Positions 16,538 to 25,405 of a stretch of DNA of 42,977 nucleotides are shown one piece after another (positions within the stretch are counted from its first letter, which is position 1; every line of letters begins with the position of its first letter). Both the position numbers and the translations under genes were made by a program. Where the stretch lies: the NCBI GenBank assembly GCA_038213835.1, contig JBBQSN010000003.1:1-42977 (forward strand), given 5' to 3'. This DNA is from Actinomycetales bacterium. Its GTDB lineage: Bacteria; Actinomycetota; Actinomycetes; Actinomycetales; CAWJMD01. Under the pieces are notes generated by a model that searched no databases, was not told the origin of the DNA, and worked only from the letters and a program-made list of their open reading frames with translations.

Positions 16538-18079
16538 TCAGGGGGTTCCGGGGCCGCTCAGGACGTCCGCGGGCAGCGGGGCGACCGTCACGGCGTCCGT
16601 GGTCGGCGGCGGCACCTGCACCGGGACCACCGCGACGAACCGCTCGGCCGGCCCGCCGGGAGCGTCGGCGGTCAGCGGGAGCGCGGCGTGCACGGACCCG
16701 GACACCACCTTCAGCCGCACGGCCGCGACGTCGGTGCCGATCCGCTCGGTCCGGGTCGTGCCCGGTGCCAGCGTCAGGGTCAGCTCGTCCTCGGCGGGTT
16801 CGCCGTCGGCGTCGAGCTGCTGCACCAGCACCTCGGCGGCGTCCGCTGACGCCACGCTGAGGAACGTGCGGACCCCCTCGGTGGTGGCGACCAGGGCCAG
16901 CGCCTCGTCCTGCAGCGCGGGGGCGGACTGCGCCCAGGCCCGCTCCGACCTGCCCGCTCCGTACGGCTGCTGCACCTGCACCGCGCCCACGACGGGCTGG
17001 TCCGAGCCGACCTGGACCGCGACCGGGCCGTCGACGGGCGTTCCGTCCGGGCGGGACAGGTCCAGCGGCAGGTCGACGACCCCGCCGGCGGGCACCGTCA
17101 CGACGGCCTCGCCGACCAGCGGCAGGACGCCGTCGGCGCCGAGCACCTGCCAGCCGACGGCCGCGGCGTCGGCGCCCGGGTTCGCCACCCGGAGCGTCAG
17201 CGTGCGCCCGGCCGCGAGCACGCCGGGGATGGTCAGGGCGGTGGACGCGGTGGTGGCCGCGACGTGCTCGACCCCGTGCGGCAGGACGCCGTCGAGCTGG
17301 GTCTCCACGAGCTGCGCCGCGACCGCCGCCCCGCGGGCGCTCACACCGACGGCGACGGCATCGGTGGGCTCGAGCAGCGACTCCAGCAGCACCTCGCGGC
17401 TGGTGCCGGCCCCGACCGCGAGGTCCTGCGCGGCGGGAGGGGACACCGGGCCGTCCGGGGTGAGGACGGTGAGGTCGACGACCGCGGTGGTGGCGGACGG
17501 GTTGGACAGCAGCACCAGCCCGCTGCGTCCGGTCTCGACGGCACCCCCCACCAGCCAGGAGGTCTCGGCCGGCGCGGTGCACGAGCTCGCGGCCACGCCC
17601 GCGAGGTCGCCGTCCTCGGCCGAGGTGACCTGGAGCCCGGCGAGCAGCTGCGAGGCCGCCGCCTGCACCACGACGGGGTCCTGGCTCCCGGTGCTGGCCG
17701 CGGCCGTCCCCTCGCCCGCCCCGGAGAGGTCCTCGGCGGCCGCGGCGTCCTCGAGCGGGAGCGTGCGGCCGCTGACGGCCGCCTCGCCGGAGGACGCCAG
17801 CGAGCGCACCAGGGTGCTCGAGGTGGTGGTGCCGGCGGCCTGGAAGTCCTCGTCGGTGCCCCCGGCGTCCTCGGCCACCTCGGCCTGGAGCCGCGGGGCC
17901 GGCGGGCACACCAGGGTCGGGGCCAGCCGGCCCAGGGCCACCTCGCTGGCGCCGGGCTGGTCGGCGGCGACGAGCCCCGCGTCGGCGGCGAGCGCCCCGG
18001 GGTCGACCACCCCGGTCGCGAGCACGCCGGTGGCGCCGTCGGCCAGCAGGGCGCACAGGGTGCGGGTGACCAGGCTCAT
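16538..18079 (-). CDS. DUF5719 family exported protein
   Basis: ATGA-coupled to the large GT. LVCPP, SCTAPAETSWLVGG...GRSGLVLLSNP and LRVANPG beta-rich repeats; typical position downstream of the whiB-linked GT. Confidence 0.8.
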   Translation of the reverse strand: MSLVTRTLCALLADGATGVLATGVVDPGALAADAGLVAADQPGASEVALGRLAPTLVCPPAPRLQAEVAEDAGGTDEDFQAAGTTTSSTLVRSLASSGEAAVSGRTLPLEDAAAAEDLSGAGEGTAAASTGSQDPVVVQAAASQLLAGLQVTSAEDGDLAGVAASSCTAPAETSWLVGGAVETGRSGLVLLSNPSATTAVVDLTVLTPDGPVSPPAAQDLAVGAGTSREVLLESLLEPTDAVAVGVSARGAAVAAQLVETQLDGVLPHGVEHVAATTASTALTIPGVLAAGRTLTLRVANPGADAAAVGWQVLGADGVLPLVGEAVVTVPAGGVVDLPLDLSRPDGTPVDGPVAVQVGSDQPVVGAVQVQQPYGAGRSERAWAQSAPALQDEALALVATTEGVRTFLSVASADAAEVLVQQLDADGEPAEDELTLTLAPGTTRTERIGTDVAAVRLKVVSGSVHAALPLTADAPGGPAERFVAVVPVQVPPPTTDAVTVAPLPADVLSGPGTP

Positions 18080-21000
18080 CGGGTGGCTGCCACCGTTCGT
18101 GCCCGTGCGGGGCGCACGGGCACGGCCAGCAGCACGGTGACGAGCAGCACGACCAGCTGCCACCCGAGCAGCACCGGACCGGAGGCGGGGCCGTGCTGGA
18201 CCACGACCTGACCGCCCTCGGCCGGCAGGACGAAGCCCTGCGCCCAGCCGTCGAGCGTGACGGGCTCCAGCGACCGGCCGTCCAGGGTGGCGGTCCAGGC
18301 CGGGTGCGCCCGCTCGGCGAGCGCGACGACCCGGCCGGCGGCCCCGGCGGGCACGCTCGCGCCCACCCCCCGGGGGGTCGACGCCAGCGCCTGCCAGGCC
18401 GGTGCCGCGGGGTCGACGTCGGCGTCAGGGGCAGGCAGCAGCCGCACTGCGGCCGGTCGGTCCGCGGCGGCGGCGCCGGCGTCCGAGGCCGGCTGCACCC
18501 GCCAGGCCCGCGCGGTCGCTGTCTCGCCCGCCGGTGTGAGTCCCTCCACCGCGTCGAGGCGGGCGGCCAGGGCGTCGGCGGCGGGGTCCTCGGGGTCCGG
18601 CGGGAGCAGCAGCACGACGGCACCGACGCCGAACGGGGCCAACGCAGCCCGGGCGTCGCCGCGGCCGGTGACCAGGTTGCCGACGGCGAGGTCGAGGGCG
18701 GCACCGGCGGGGTCCTGCGCCGCGGGCCGGTACGCCTGGCGCACCTGGGCCGCCGCGGCCGAGCGGTCCAGCGCCGGTCCGGTGCCGCGCACGACGGCGA
18801 CCTCGAGGGCCGGCACCTGCGTCCCAGCCGTCCCGGAAGTCCCAGCCGTCGTGGCACCGGGCTCGGCGCGCACGACGAGCGAGCGGACCTGGTCGGGCGA
18901 GTCCGCGGCATCCGCGACGACGGCCGGGACGGTGCTGCCGGCGGTGCGCGCGAGGTCCTGCGCCGACGGGGAGGAGAGCTGGTCGAGCACCCACCCGGTG
19001 GTCGCGGCGACCGGGGCGAGCGCCAGCAGCACGACGGCCCCCGGCACCAGGACCGCCACGGCGGTGCGGCGGCGCGAGCGGTCGGCGTCCGGGGCCGGGG
19101 CCGGGAGGCGACCGAGGCCGCCGAGACCCGCGACCAGCAGCCCGAGCAGGGCCAAGCTCGTGCCCGGTGCCGCCGACCCGGTGACGGGCAGCGCGTCCGG
19201 CCCGATGCCCACGACGGTGCCAGCGGCGAGCCCGGCCAGCGCGGTGCCCAGGGCGGCGGTACCCACCCCGAACCGCACGGCCAGCCCGCGCGGCGAGGCC
19301 GTCCAGGACCAGCCGAGCGCGACCACGGCCAGCAGCGCGGGGACCGCACCGACGGCCAGCAGCAGGAGCGGCGGGAGGTCGGTGACCGCGGTGGAGCCCG
19401 GCGCGAGCGGCCAGCCCAGGAGCACCTGCCAGGCTTCGGGGGCGGTCCCGGCCACGGGGGTGCCTGGGGCGGCCAGGAGCACGGCGGGGAGCCGGACGGC
19501 CTCGCCGAGGGTCGGCAGCAGCAGCACCGCCGACGGCACGGCCACCAGCGCCGGAGCAGGCCTGGCCGACACGACGGCGGCGACCAGGCCCGCCAGCGCG
19601 GCCGGCAGCAGCAGGACGGGTGCGCCGGTCACGACCGGGACGAGCGCGAGCGCGGCCCCCGCCGACCAGGCCCAGCTGAGCCGGCGGTGCGGGGTGGCGG
19701 CGGCGTGCGCGACCAGGCGGGCGGCCACCGGCAGCGCCAGGTGGGCCAGCACCGCCCCGTAGCGGCCGGCCGAGGTGGACAGCAGCAGCACCGGCGCCGC
19801 TGCCCAGGCGAGCGCACCCAGGGCCCGCCACCACGGCGAACGGGTCAGCGCGCCGGCACCCCACCAGGCGGACAGCGCCGCCAGCGGCGGGGCGGCGACG
19901 AGCAGGACGGTCAGGGCCAGGGCGGGCGAGGTGAACGGCAACGACAGGGCCAGCAGCGGCCACAGGGCGGGGTCGGCCGCGCCGGGGGTGCCCAGGCCGG
20001 ACGGCACCCAGTCGGCGGCGACGGCGTCGAGGAGCGACCCCAGCGACGACGGCGCGGGCGGCAGCGCGGCGGCGGTGACGGCCCCGGCGCCCATCAGCCG
20101 CCACAGCGCCAGCGCGGACGCGGCGGCGAGCACCAGCGAGAGCAGCACGGGGACGGCGGACCGTCCCATCGCGCCCCCCGTTGCCACGACCGGCGAGATC
20201 GGCACCGGGTCGACCAGGGCCCGGGGCGTGCGTCGCCGGCCGTCCAGCGAGCCACCCGGACGTGCGCGCTGCCACCGGTCGCGGTGCCAGCGCCAGGTCT
20301 CGCGCTGGTCGGCGAGCAGCGGTCGGAGCTGGGACGTCGGCACCACCCGGGTGCGGCGGGCCGCCCGCCGGGCGCGCCAGACCAGGTCGGGACGCAGCAG
20401 CGCCGCGAGCACCTGACGGGCGGCCCGCAGGCCCGCCCGGGGCTCCTTGGCGGCCAGGCCGAGCAGCACCCTGGCCACGGCGCCGAGCAGCAGCTGGAGG
20501 GCGACGAACGGCACGGCGAGGGCGGGCGCGCCGGTCAGGCGCTGGTGCGCCGTGCTCCGCCGGTCGGTGACCGGACCCGCACCGCCGGCGCGGTCGTCGG
20601 GGCGCACCAGCACCGCGGCCGGCACCACCTCGACCCGGTGCCCGGCCAGCCGGGCCCGCCGGCACAGGTCGACCTCGGCCCCGGTGCGGCCGGGGGCCAG
20701 CAGGGCGGCGTCGGGCCCGCCGAGGCACTGCCAGACGTCGGCCCGTACGAGCATGCCGGTGAGGCCGACCGCCAGGACGTCGGAGGTGGCGTCGCGCTGG
20801 CCCTGGTCGACCTCGCCGGCGTCGACCAGGCTGAGGCGCCGTCCGGCGCGCGTGGTGGTGAACCCGGCGTCGAGCAGCACCGACCCGTCCGGGCCACCGC
20901 GGTGCTTGGTGCCGACCACGCCCACGTTGCCGCTGCGCTGCACCCGGTCCAGCAGCCGCTCGAGGGCCCGCATCGCCGGCCGGTCCCGGTCGTCCAGGAC

Positions 21001-21384
21001 CCAGACCCAGTCGGCGGCGGGCTGGCCCTGCTGCTGCTGCCCCGGACGCAGGTCGGCGACGCCGCGGTGGGCGAGGGCGGCGGTGACTCCGTCGGCCAGC
21101 GTGGCCGCGGGGTCGAGCCGCAGGACGTCGTCGGCGTGGGCGCGCAGGATGTCGCTGACGCGCTCGCCGGCCTCGGAGTCGTCGCCGGCGTCGACCCCGA
21201 CCACGAGGTCGGGACGCCGGGTCTGCGCGGCCAGGGCCGCCAGCACGGCCGGCAGGTGCTCGGGGTCGCGGCCGTGCACCACGGCGACCACGCGGGGACG
21301 CCCGGGGTGGCGCCGGCCCGGGAGTGGTCGACGCGCCGCCGCGGTGGGGACCCGCTCGAGCCGCAGGTCCTGGTCCAGGCTCAC
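18076..21384 (-). CDS. Large integral-membrane glycosyltransferase: N-terminal GT2 domain, polytopic membrane region, extracellular YfhO/AftD-like C-terminus
   Basis: WVWVLDD, GEVDQGQRD, VDLCRRARLAG, then more than 10 TMs, then ALAERAHPAWTATLDGRSL...DGWAQGFVLP and a final TM. Starts 4 nt after the whiB stop. Confidence 0.85.
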   Translation of the reverse strand: MSLDQDLRLERVPTAAARRPLPGRRHPGRPRVVAVVHGRDPEHLPAVLAALAAQTRRPDLVVGVDAGDDSEAGERVSDILRAHADDVLRLDPAATLADGVTAALAHRGVADLRPGQQQQGQPAADWVWVLDDRDRPAMRALERLLDRVQRSGNVGVVGTKHRGGPDGSVLLDAGFTTTRAGRRLSLVDAGEVDQGQRDATSDVLAVGLTGMLVRADVWQCLGGPDAALLAPGRTGAEVDLCRRARLAGHRVEVVPAAVLVRPDDRAGGAGPVTDRRSTAHQRLTGAPALAVPFVALQLLLGAVARVLLGLAAKEPRAGLRAARQVLAALLRPDLVWRARRAARRTRVVPTSQLRPLLADQRETWRWHRDRWQRARPGGSLDGRRRTPRALVDPVPISPVVATGGAMGRSAVPVLLSLVLAAASALALWRLMGAGAVTAAALPPAPSSLGSLLDAVAADWVPSGLGTPGAADPALWPLLALSLPFTSPALALTVLLVAAPPLAALSAWWGAGALTRSPWWRALGALAWAAAPVLLLSTSAGRYGAVLAHLALPVAARLVAHAAATPHRRLSWAWSAGAALALVPVVTGAPVLLLPAALAGLVAAVVSARPAPALVAVPSAVLLLPTLGEAVRLPAVLLAAPGTPVAGTAPEAWQVLLGWPLAPGSTAVTDLPPLLLLAVGAVPALLAVVALGWSWTASPRGLAVRFGVGTAALGTALAGLAAGTVVGIGPDALPVTGSAAPGTSLALLGLLVAGLGGLGRLPAPAPDADRSRRRTAVAVLVPGAVVLLALAPVAATTGWVLDQLSSPSAQDLARTAGSTVPAVVADAADSPDQVRSLVVRAEPGATTAGTSGTAGTQVPALEVAVVRGTGPALDRSAAAAQVRQAYRPAAQDPAGAALDLAVGNLVTGRGDARAALAPFGVGAVVLLLPPDPEDPAADALAARLDAVEGLTPAGETATARAWRVQPASDAGAAAADRPAAVRLLPAPDADVDPAAPAWQALASTPRGVGASVPAGAAGRVVALAERAHPAWTATLDGRSLEPVTLDGWAQGFVLPAEGGQVVVQHGPASGPVLLGWQLVVLLVTVLLAVPVRPARARTVAATR

Positions 21385-21388
21385 AGGA

Positions 21389-21688
21389 TCAGACGGCCCG
21401 CTTCTTCAGGCGTCGGCGCTCGCGCTCGGACAGCCCGCCCCAGATGCCGAAGCGCTCGTCGTTCGACAACGCGTAGTCCAGGCACTTCGAGCGCACCTCG
21501 CACCCGACGCAGACCTTCTTGGCCTCGCGCGTGGAGCCGCCCTTCTCGGGGAAGAACGCCTCCGGATCGGTCTGGGCGCACAGGGCACGCTCCTGCCAGC
21601 CCAGTGCTCCCTCGTCCCCCTCCTCGAGCTCCCAGCCTCGCTGGGACGGGACCAACGACAGTGCCGCGAATTCGTCCATGGCTCCCAC
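21389..21688 (-). CDS. whiB: WhiB/WhiB2 (WhmD) Fe-S transcriptional regulator
   Basis: WQERALCAQTDPEAFFPEKGGSTREAKKVC..CEVRSKCL...ERFGIWGGLSERERR. Start is GTG 21688 or ATG 21679. Confidence 0.98.
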   Translation of the reverse strand: MGAMDEFAALSLVPSQRGWELEEGDEGALGWQERALCAQTDPEAFFPEKGGSTREAKKVCVGCEVRSKCLDYALSNDERFGIWGGLSERERRRLKKRAV

Positions 21689-21760
21689 TTCTCGACCTCT
21701 TCCCGGTAGTTCCCCGGTGCTGTCGCCACCGGCCGCGATGCGGTGGACGACAATGGTGGA

Positions 21761-21790
21761 ATTACACGCGTGTCGTACCGCCTACGTCAA
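21761..21790 (-). promoter_or_regulatory. whiB promoter with GACAC (WhiA-type) motif
   Basis: TTGACG-N18-TGTAAT, with GACAC in the spacer and the perfect palindrome ACACGCGTGT at 21764-21773. Confidence 0.7.
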
Positions 21791-21896
21791 GCCCGTCGGT
21801 GATATCCGTCCGCTCCTCGAGCCGCTCGGTGGGAGAGCCCACCGGCTGTGACCGGGGGGTGCGGGTGCCGTGGCCGGCATGGGCGAGGATGTCGGG

Positions 21897-22922
21897 ATGC
21901 GGATCACGGTCGTGTCGGGCGGCGTGGGCGGTGCCCGGTTCCTGACCGGGCTGCTCCACCACCTCTCCACCCGCGACCCCACCGGCGGACCGGGGAGCGA
22001 CCCGCACGAGGTGGTCGTGATCGGGAACACGGCCGACGACATCACCCTGCACGGGCTGCGGGTCTGCCCCGACCTCGACACGGTGATGTACACCCTCGGC
22101 GGCGGGGTGCACCCCGAGCAGGGCTGGGGCCGGGCGGACGAGACCGGCGGGGTCGCGGCCGAGCTCGCCGCGTACGGCGCCGGACCGGACTGGTTCACCC
22201 TCGGCGACAAGGACCTCGCCACGCACCTGGTGCGGTCCCGGATGCTCGGGCTGGGGTACCCGCTGAGCCAGGTCACCACGGCCCTGTGCGCGCGCTGGGG
22301 CCTGCCCGGGCGCGGGGTGCGCCTGCTGCCGATGACCGACGACCCGGTCGAGACCCACGTGGTCGTCGAGGACGCCGAGGCCGAGGGTGGCCAGCGCGCG
22401 ATGCACTTCCAGGAGTGGTGGGTGCGGCACCACGCCGCGCTGCCCGCCCGGCGGATCGTGGCCGTCGGCGCCGAGCAGGCCACTCCCGGTCCGGGTGTGC
22501 TCGACGCCGTGCGCGACGCCGACGTGGTGCTGCTGCCGCCGAGCAACCCGGTCGTCTCGATCGGCCCGGTGCTCGCGGTGCCCGGCGTCCGCGACGCCCT
22601 GCGCGGTACCCGGGCGCCGGTGGTCGGCCTGTCCCCCATCGTCGGCGGCAAGCCGGTGCGCGGCATGGCCGACGCCTGCCTGCGGGCCGTCGGGGTCGCC
22701 AGCACCGCGCGGGCGGTCGGCGGCCTGTACGCCGACCTGCTCGACGCCTGGATGGTCGACACCTCCGACGCCGAGCTGGACGGCACCCTCGTCCCCGGTG
22801 GACGGGCCCGGGTTCACGCCGTCCCGCTGATGATGCGCGACCTCGAGGCCTCCGCCGAGATGGCCCGCGCCGCAGTCGATCTGGCCCTGTCCAGCCCCCA
22901 CCGGGCGGGGCGCAGCGGGTGA
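21897..22922 (+). CDS. cofD: 2-phospho-L-lactate/phosphoenolpyruvate transferase (F420 biosynthesis, FbiA)
   Basis: MRITVVSGGVGGARFL, NTADD...CPDLDTVMYTL, WFTLGDKDLATH, MHFQEWWV and PSNPVVSIGP motifs. Confidence 0.97.
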   Translation: MRITVVSGGVGGARFLTGLLHHLSTRDPTGGPGSDPHEVVVIGNTADDITLHGLRVCPDLDTVMYTLGGGVHPEQGWGRADETGGVAAELAAYGAGPDWFTLGDKDLATHLVRSRMLGLGYPLSQVTTALCARWGLPGRGVRLLPMTDDPVETHVVVEDAEAEGGQRAMHFQEWWVRHHAALPARRIVAVGAEQATPGPGVLDAVRDADVVLLPPSNPVVSIGPVLAVPGVRDALRGTRAPVVGLSPIVGGKPVRGMADACLRAVGVASTARAVGGLYADLLDAWMVDTSDAELDGTLVPGGRARVHAVPLMMRDLEASAEMARAAVDLALSSPHRAGRSG

Positions 22923-23989
22923 ACCCGCACGAGGTCTGCGCCGTCGTCGTGCCGGGCATCGGCGAGATCGGGGCCGGCGACGACCTCGGTGCCGTGGTGG
23001 CCTCCGCCCTGGTCGCGGCCGGCATCGTCCTGGCCGACCACGACGTCGTCGTGGTCGCCTCCAAGGTCGTCGCCAAGGCCGAGGGCCGCACCGTCCCCGC
23101 CGCGCGCCGCGAGCAGGCGCTGGACGGCGAGGTCGTCGCCGAGGTCGCCGCCCGCGCCCTCCCGGACGGCCGGCGCACCCGGGTGGTGCGCACCCGGGTC
23201 GGTCCCGTCCTCGCGGCCGCCGGCATCGACGCCTCCGACGTCCCCACCGGCACGGTGCTGCTGCTGCCCGCCGACCCGGACGCCTCGGCCCGGGCGCTGC
23301 GAGCCCGCCTGCACGAGCTCACCGGCGTCCGGCCCGCCGTCCTGCTCACCGACACGAGCGGACGTCCGTGGCGTGACGGCGTCACCGACTTCGCCCTGGG
23401 CGCAGCGGGTCTGGCCGTCCTGGACGACGCCCGAGGACGTCTCGACTCCTCCGTCCGCCCGCTGGAAGTGACCGTCCGGGCCGTCGGCGACGAGGTCTCA
23501 GCGCTCGCCGACCTGGTCAAGGGCAAGGTGCAGGGGACGCCGGTGGCGGTGGTCCGCGGGCTCGGCCGGCACGTCACGTCCGAGGACGGCCCCGGCGCCG
23601 CGGTGCTGGTCCGAGGCCCGCGCGGCGACTGGTTCCGGCACGGGCACGTCGAGGCGGTGTGGCGTGCGCTCGGGCACCACCGGGCCGAGTCGCCGGCGAT
23701 CGACCCGGATGCGGAGGACCTGGGGGTCCGCCTCGCCCGCGCCCTGCGGATCGCGCTGGCACCGCTGGACGGCGCGGTCTCGGCCGTCGTCGACCCTGAT
23801 GGCGACGGGACCGGCGGGGTCGCCGTCACCCTGGCCGGCGACCCGTTCCCGCTCGGGCGGGCGGTCGAGCGGCTGGTCGCGGCCGCCTGGGCCGAGGACC
23901 TCGAGGCCGCCCCCGGAACGGGTGCATCCGGCCGTGGAGGACGGGTGGTCGTGCGCGCTCGGGCGGCCGGCCCGCAGCGGGTCACCTAG
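22919..23989 (+). CDS. cofE: Coenzyme F420-0:L-glutamate ligase (FbiB-like) with short C-terminal domain
   Basis: GTGA-coupled. SKVVAKAEGR, AAAGIDASD, LLPADPDASA, TDTSGRPWR and ADLVKGK motifs. Confidence 0.93.
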   Translation: MNPHEVCAVVVPGIGEIGAGDDLGAVVASALVAAGIVLADHDVVVVASKVVAKAEGRTVPAARREQALDGEVVAEVAARALPDGRRTRVVRTRVGPVLAAAGIDASDVPTGTVLLLPADPDASARALRARLHELTGVRPAVLLTDTSGRPWRDGVTDFALGAAGLAVLDDARGRLDSSVRPLEVTVRAVGDEVSALADLVKGKVQGTPVAVVRGLGRHVTSEDGPGAAVLVRGPRGDWFRHGHVEAVWRALGHHRAESPAIDPDAEDLGVRLARALRIALAPLDGAVSAVVDPDGDGTGGVAVTLAGDPFPLGRAVERLVAAAWAEDLEAAPGTGASGRGGRVVVRARAAGPQRVT

Positions 23990-23999
23990 GCTGGACGTC

Positions 24000-24374
24000 A
24001 TGAGCGAGCAGTCGTCCGACGTGTCCGAGCGGGCCGAGGTCATCGTGTCCGAGCGCCCCTGGGGCCGCTTCCACCAGTTCGCGACGAACCAGGAGGTGAC
24101 GGTCAAGACCATCACGGTCGAGCCCGGCAAGCGGCTGAGCCTGCAGCGGCACGAGCACCGCGAGGAGCTGTGGCACGTGCTCGACGGCCGGGCCGACGCC
24201 CACGTCGACGGCGTCGACTCCGTGGTGCCCGCCGGCGAGGAGGTGATGGTGCCCCGTGGCGCGGTGCACCGCCTCGGCAACTCCGGCACCGAGCCCCTGA
24301 GGGTGCTCGAGATCGCCTTCGGCCACTTCGACGAGGACGACATCGAGCGGCTCCAGGACGACTTCGACCGCTGA
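24000..24374 (+). CDS. Stand-alone phosphomannose isomerase type II C-terminal cupin domain
   Basis: ERPWGRF, VKTITVEPGKRLSLQRHEHREELW, HRLGN and EDDIERLQDDFDR motifs. A -10 TAGGCT lies 7 nt before the ATG. Confidence 0.9.
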   Translation: MSEQSSDVSERAEVIVSERPWGRFHQFATNQEVTVKTITVEPGKRLSLQRHEHREELWHVLDGRADAHVDGVDSVVPAGEEVMVPRGAVHRLGNSGTEPLRVLEIAFGHFDEDDIERLQDDFDR

Positions 24375-24385
24375 CTCCCCCCGCG

Positions 24386-25342
24386 TCACCCCCGCCCGCG
24401 CAAGAACCGCGCGGGCGTGTGCGTGGGCAGCGTCATCCGCGGCGCCGTGCGCGGCCGCTGGACGCCGGCGAGCTCCAGCAGCCGCTGCACCCGGTAGCGG
24501 TGCCCGGCGTAGCACCGGACCACCTCGGCGCAGGCGTCGTCGTCCATCACCTCGCCGGTCAGCGCGAACGAGACGTTGCGCGCCACGTGGAAGTCCCCGA
24601 ACGACATCGCGTCAGGGTCGCCGTGGGCCCGCTGCCGTACCTCTGACGACGTCCAGCGCCCAACTCCTGGAAGGGTTCTCAGGACGGCGTCGGCCTGCTG
24701 GTGCGACATGGTCAGGGTCCGCTCGAGACCGTGCGGCGAGCCGGCCCCGGCCAGCAGCGGCGTGCGCCGGTGCTGGTCCACCCCGGCCCGGAGCCACTCC
24801 CAGCTCGGCACCCGTCGCCACGCCGCGGCGGTGGGGGCATTGCGCATGCCGTGAGCCGGACCGCCGGGCAGGGCCGGCGCGCCGGGAGCCGGGTCGCCGT
24901 GGGCCAGCAGCAGCATCCGCCAGCCCTTCATCGCCTCCATCCCGGTGACCCGCTGCGACAGGCAGGCCAGCGCGAAGGTGTCCAGCACGCGCCGGCTGCG
25001 CGGCACCCGCCAGCCCGGGCGGGTGCGCCAGGCACGCACCAGCACCGCGTGCTCGGGCACCGGACGGAAGTCCTCCGGCCGGTCGTCGTGGCCGAGCAGG
25101 TCGGGGACACCGTCCAGCAACCAGCCCGCACCGTCGCCCCACGCCGAGGCCTCGACCGAGCCGAGCGCGGGCCGGGCCCGCAGCCGCAGCAGGCCGGGAC
25201 CCGTCGGGGTCACGGTCGTCCACCAGTGGGTGCCGTCGGGCTCGCGCCGCCAGGAGGGATCGCCGGACCCGGCGCGCAGCGCCGACAGCGTCGCCGCGAG
25301 GTCGAGCTCGTGACTCGGCTGGTACTCACGCTCGCGCTCCAC
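24386..25342 (-). CDS. DNA-3-methyladenine glycosylase (AlkA/HhH-GPD family)
   Basis: LSQRVTG, HhH motif LRTLPGVGRWT, GDPDAMSFGDFHV and YAGHRYRVQRLL. CACCCT -10-like element 6 nt before GTG 25342. Confidence 0.9.
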   Translation of the reverse strand: MEREREYQPSHELDLAATLSALRAGSGDPSWRREPDGTHWWTTVTPTGPGLLRLRARPALGSVEASAWGDGAGWLLDGVPDLLGHDDRPEDFRPVPEHAVLVRAWRTRPGWRVPRSRRVLDTFALACLSQRVTGMEAMKGWRMLLLAHGDPAPGAPALPGGPAHGMRNAPTAAAWRRVPSWEWLRAGVDQHRRTPLLAGAGSPHGLERTLTMSHQQADAVLRTLPGVGRWTSSEVRQRAHGDPDAMSFGDFHVARNVSFALTGEVMDDDACAEVVRCYAGHRYRVQRLLELAGVQRPRTAPRMTLPTHTPARFLRGRG

Positions 25343-25405
25343 CCCCCCAGGGTGCCACCCGAGGGCGTGGCGGTCCGTCCTGCCGCTCTCTCGTAGGATC
25401 GACAG

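Noticed and set aside
18821-18850. 18-bp near-tandem duplication (TAGTSGTAGT); similar ones at 9891-9924 and about 1418-1453
   Set aside because: Ordinary low-complexity linker duplications.
15633-19349. 1238-aa minus ORF as one protein
   Set aside because: Only the last 126 codons (DUF3499) look real; the rest is off-frame over DUF5719 and the GT.
21827-21844. 7-bp inverted repeat CGGTGGG-AGAG-CCCACCG between whiB and cofD
   Set aside because: Short GC stem expected by chance, with no supporting context.
18193-21945. 1250-aa + strand ORF
   Set aside because: Antisense to the large GT and whiB; no recognisable domain.
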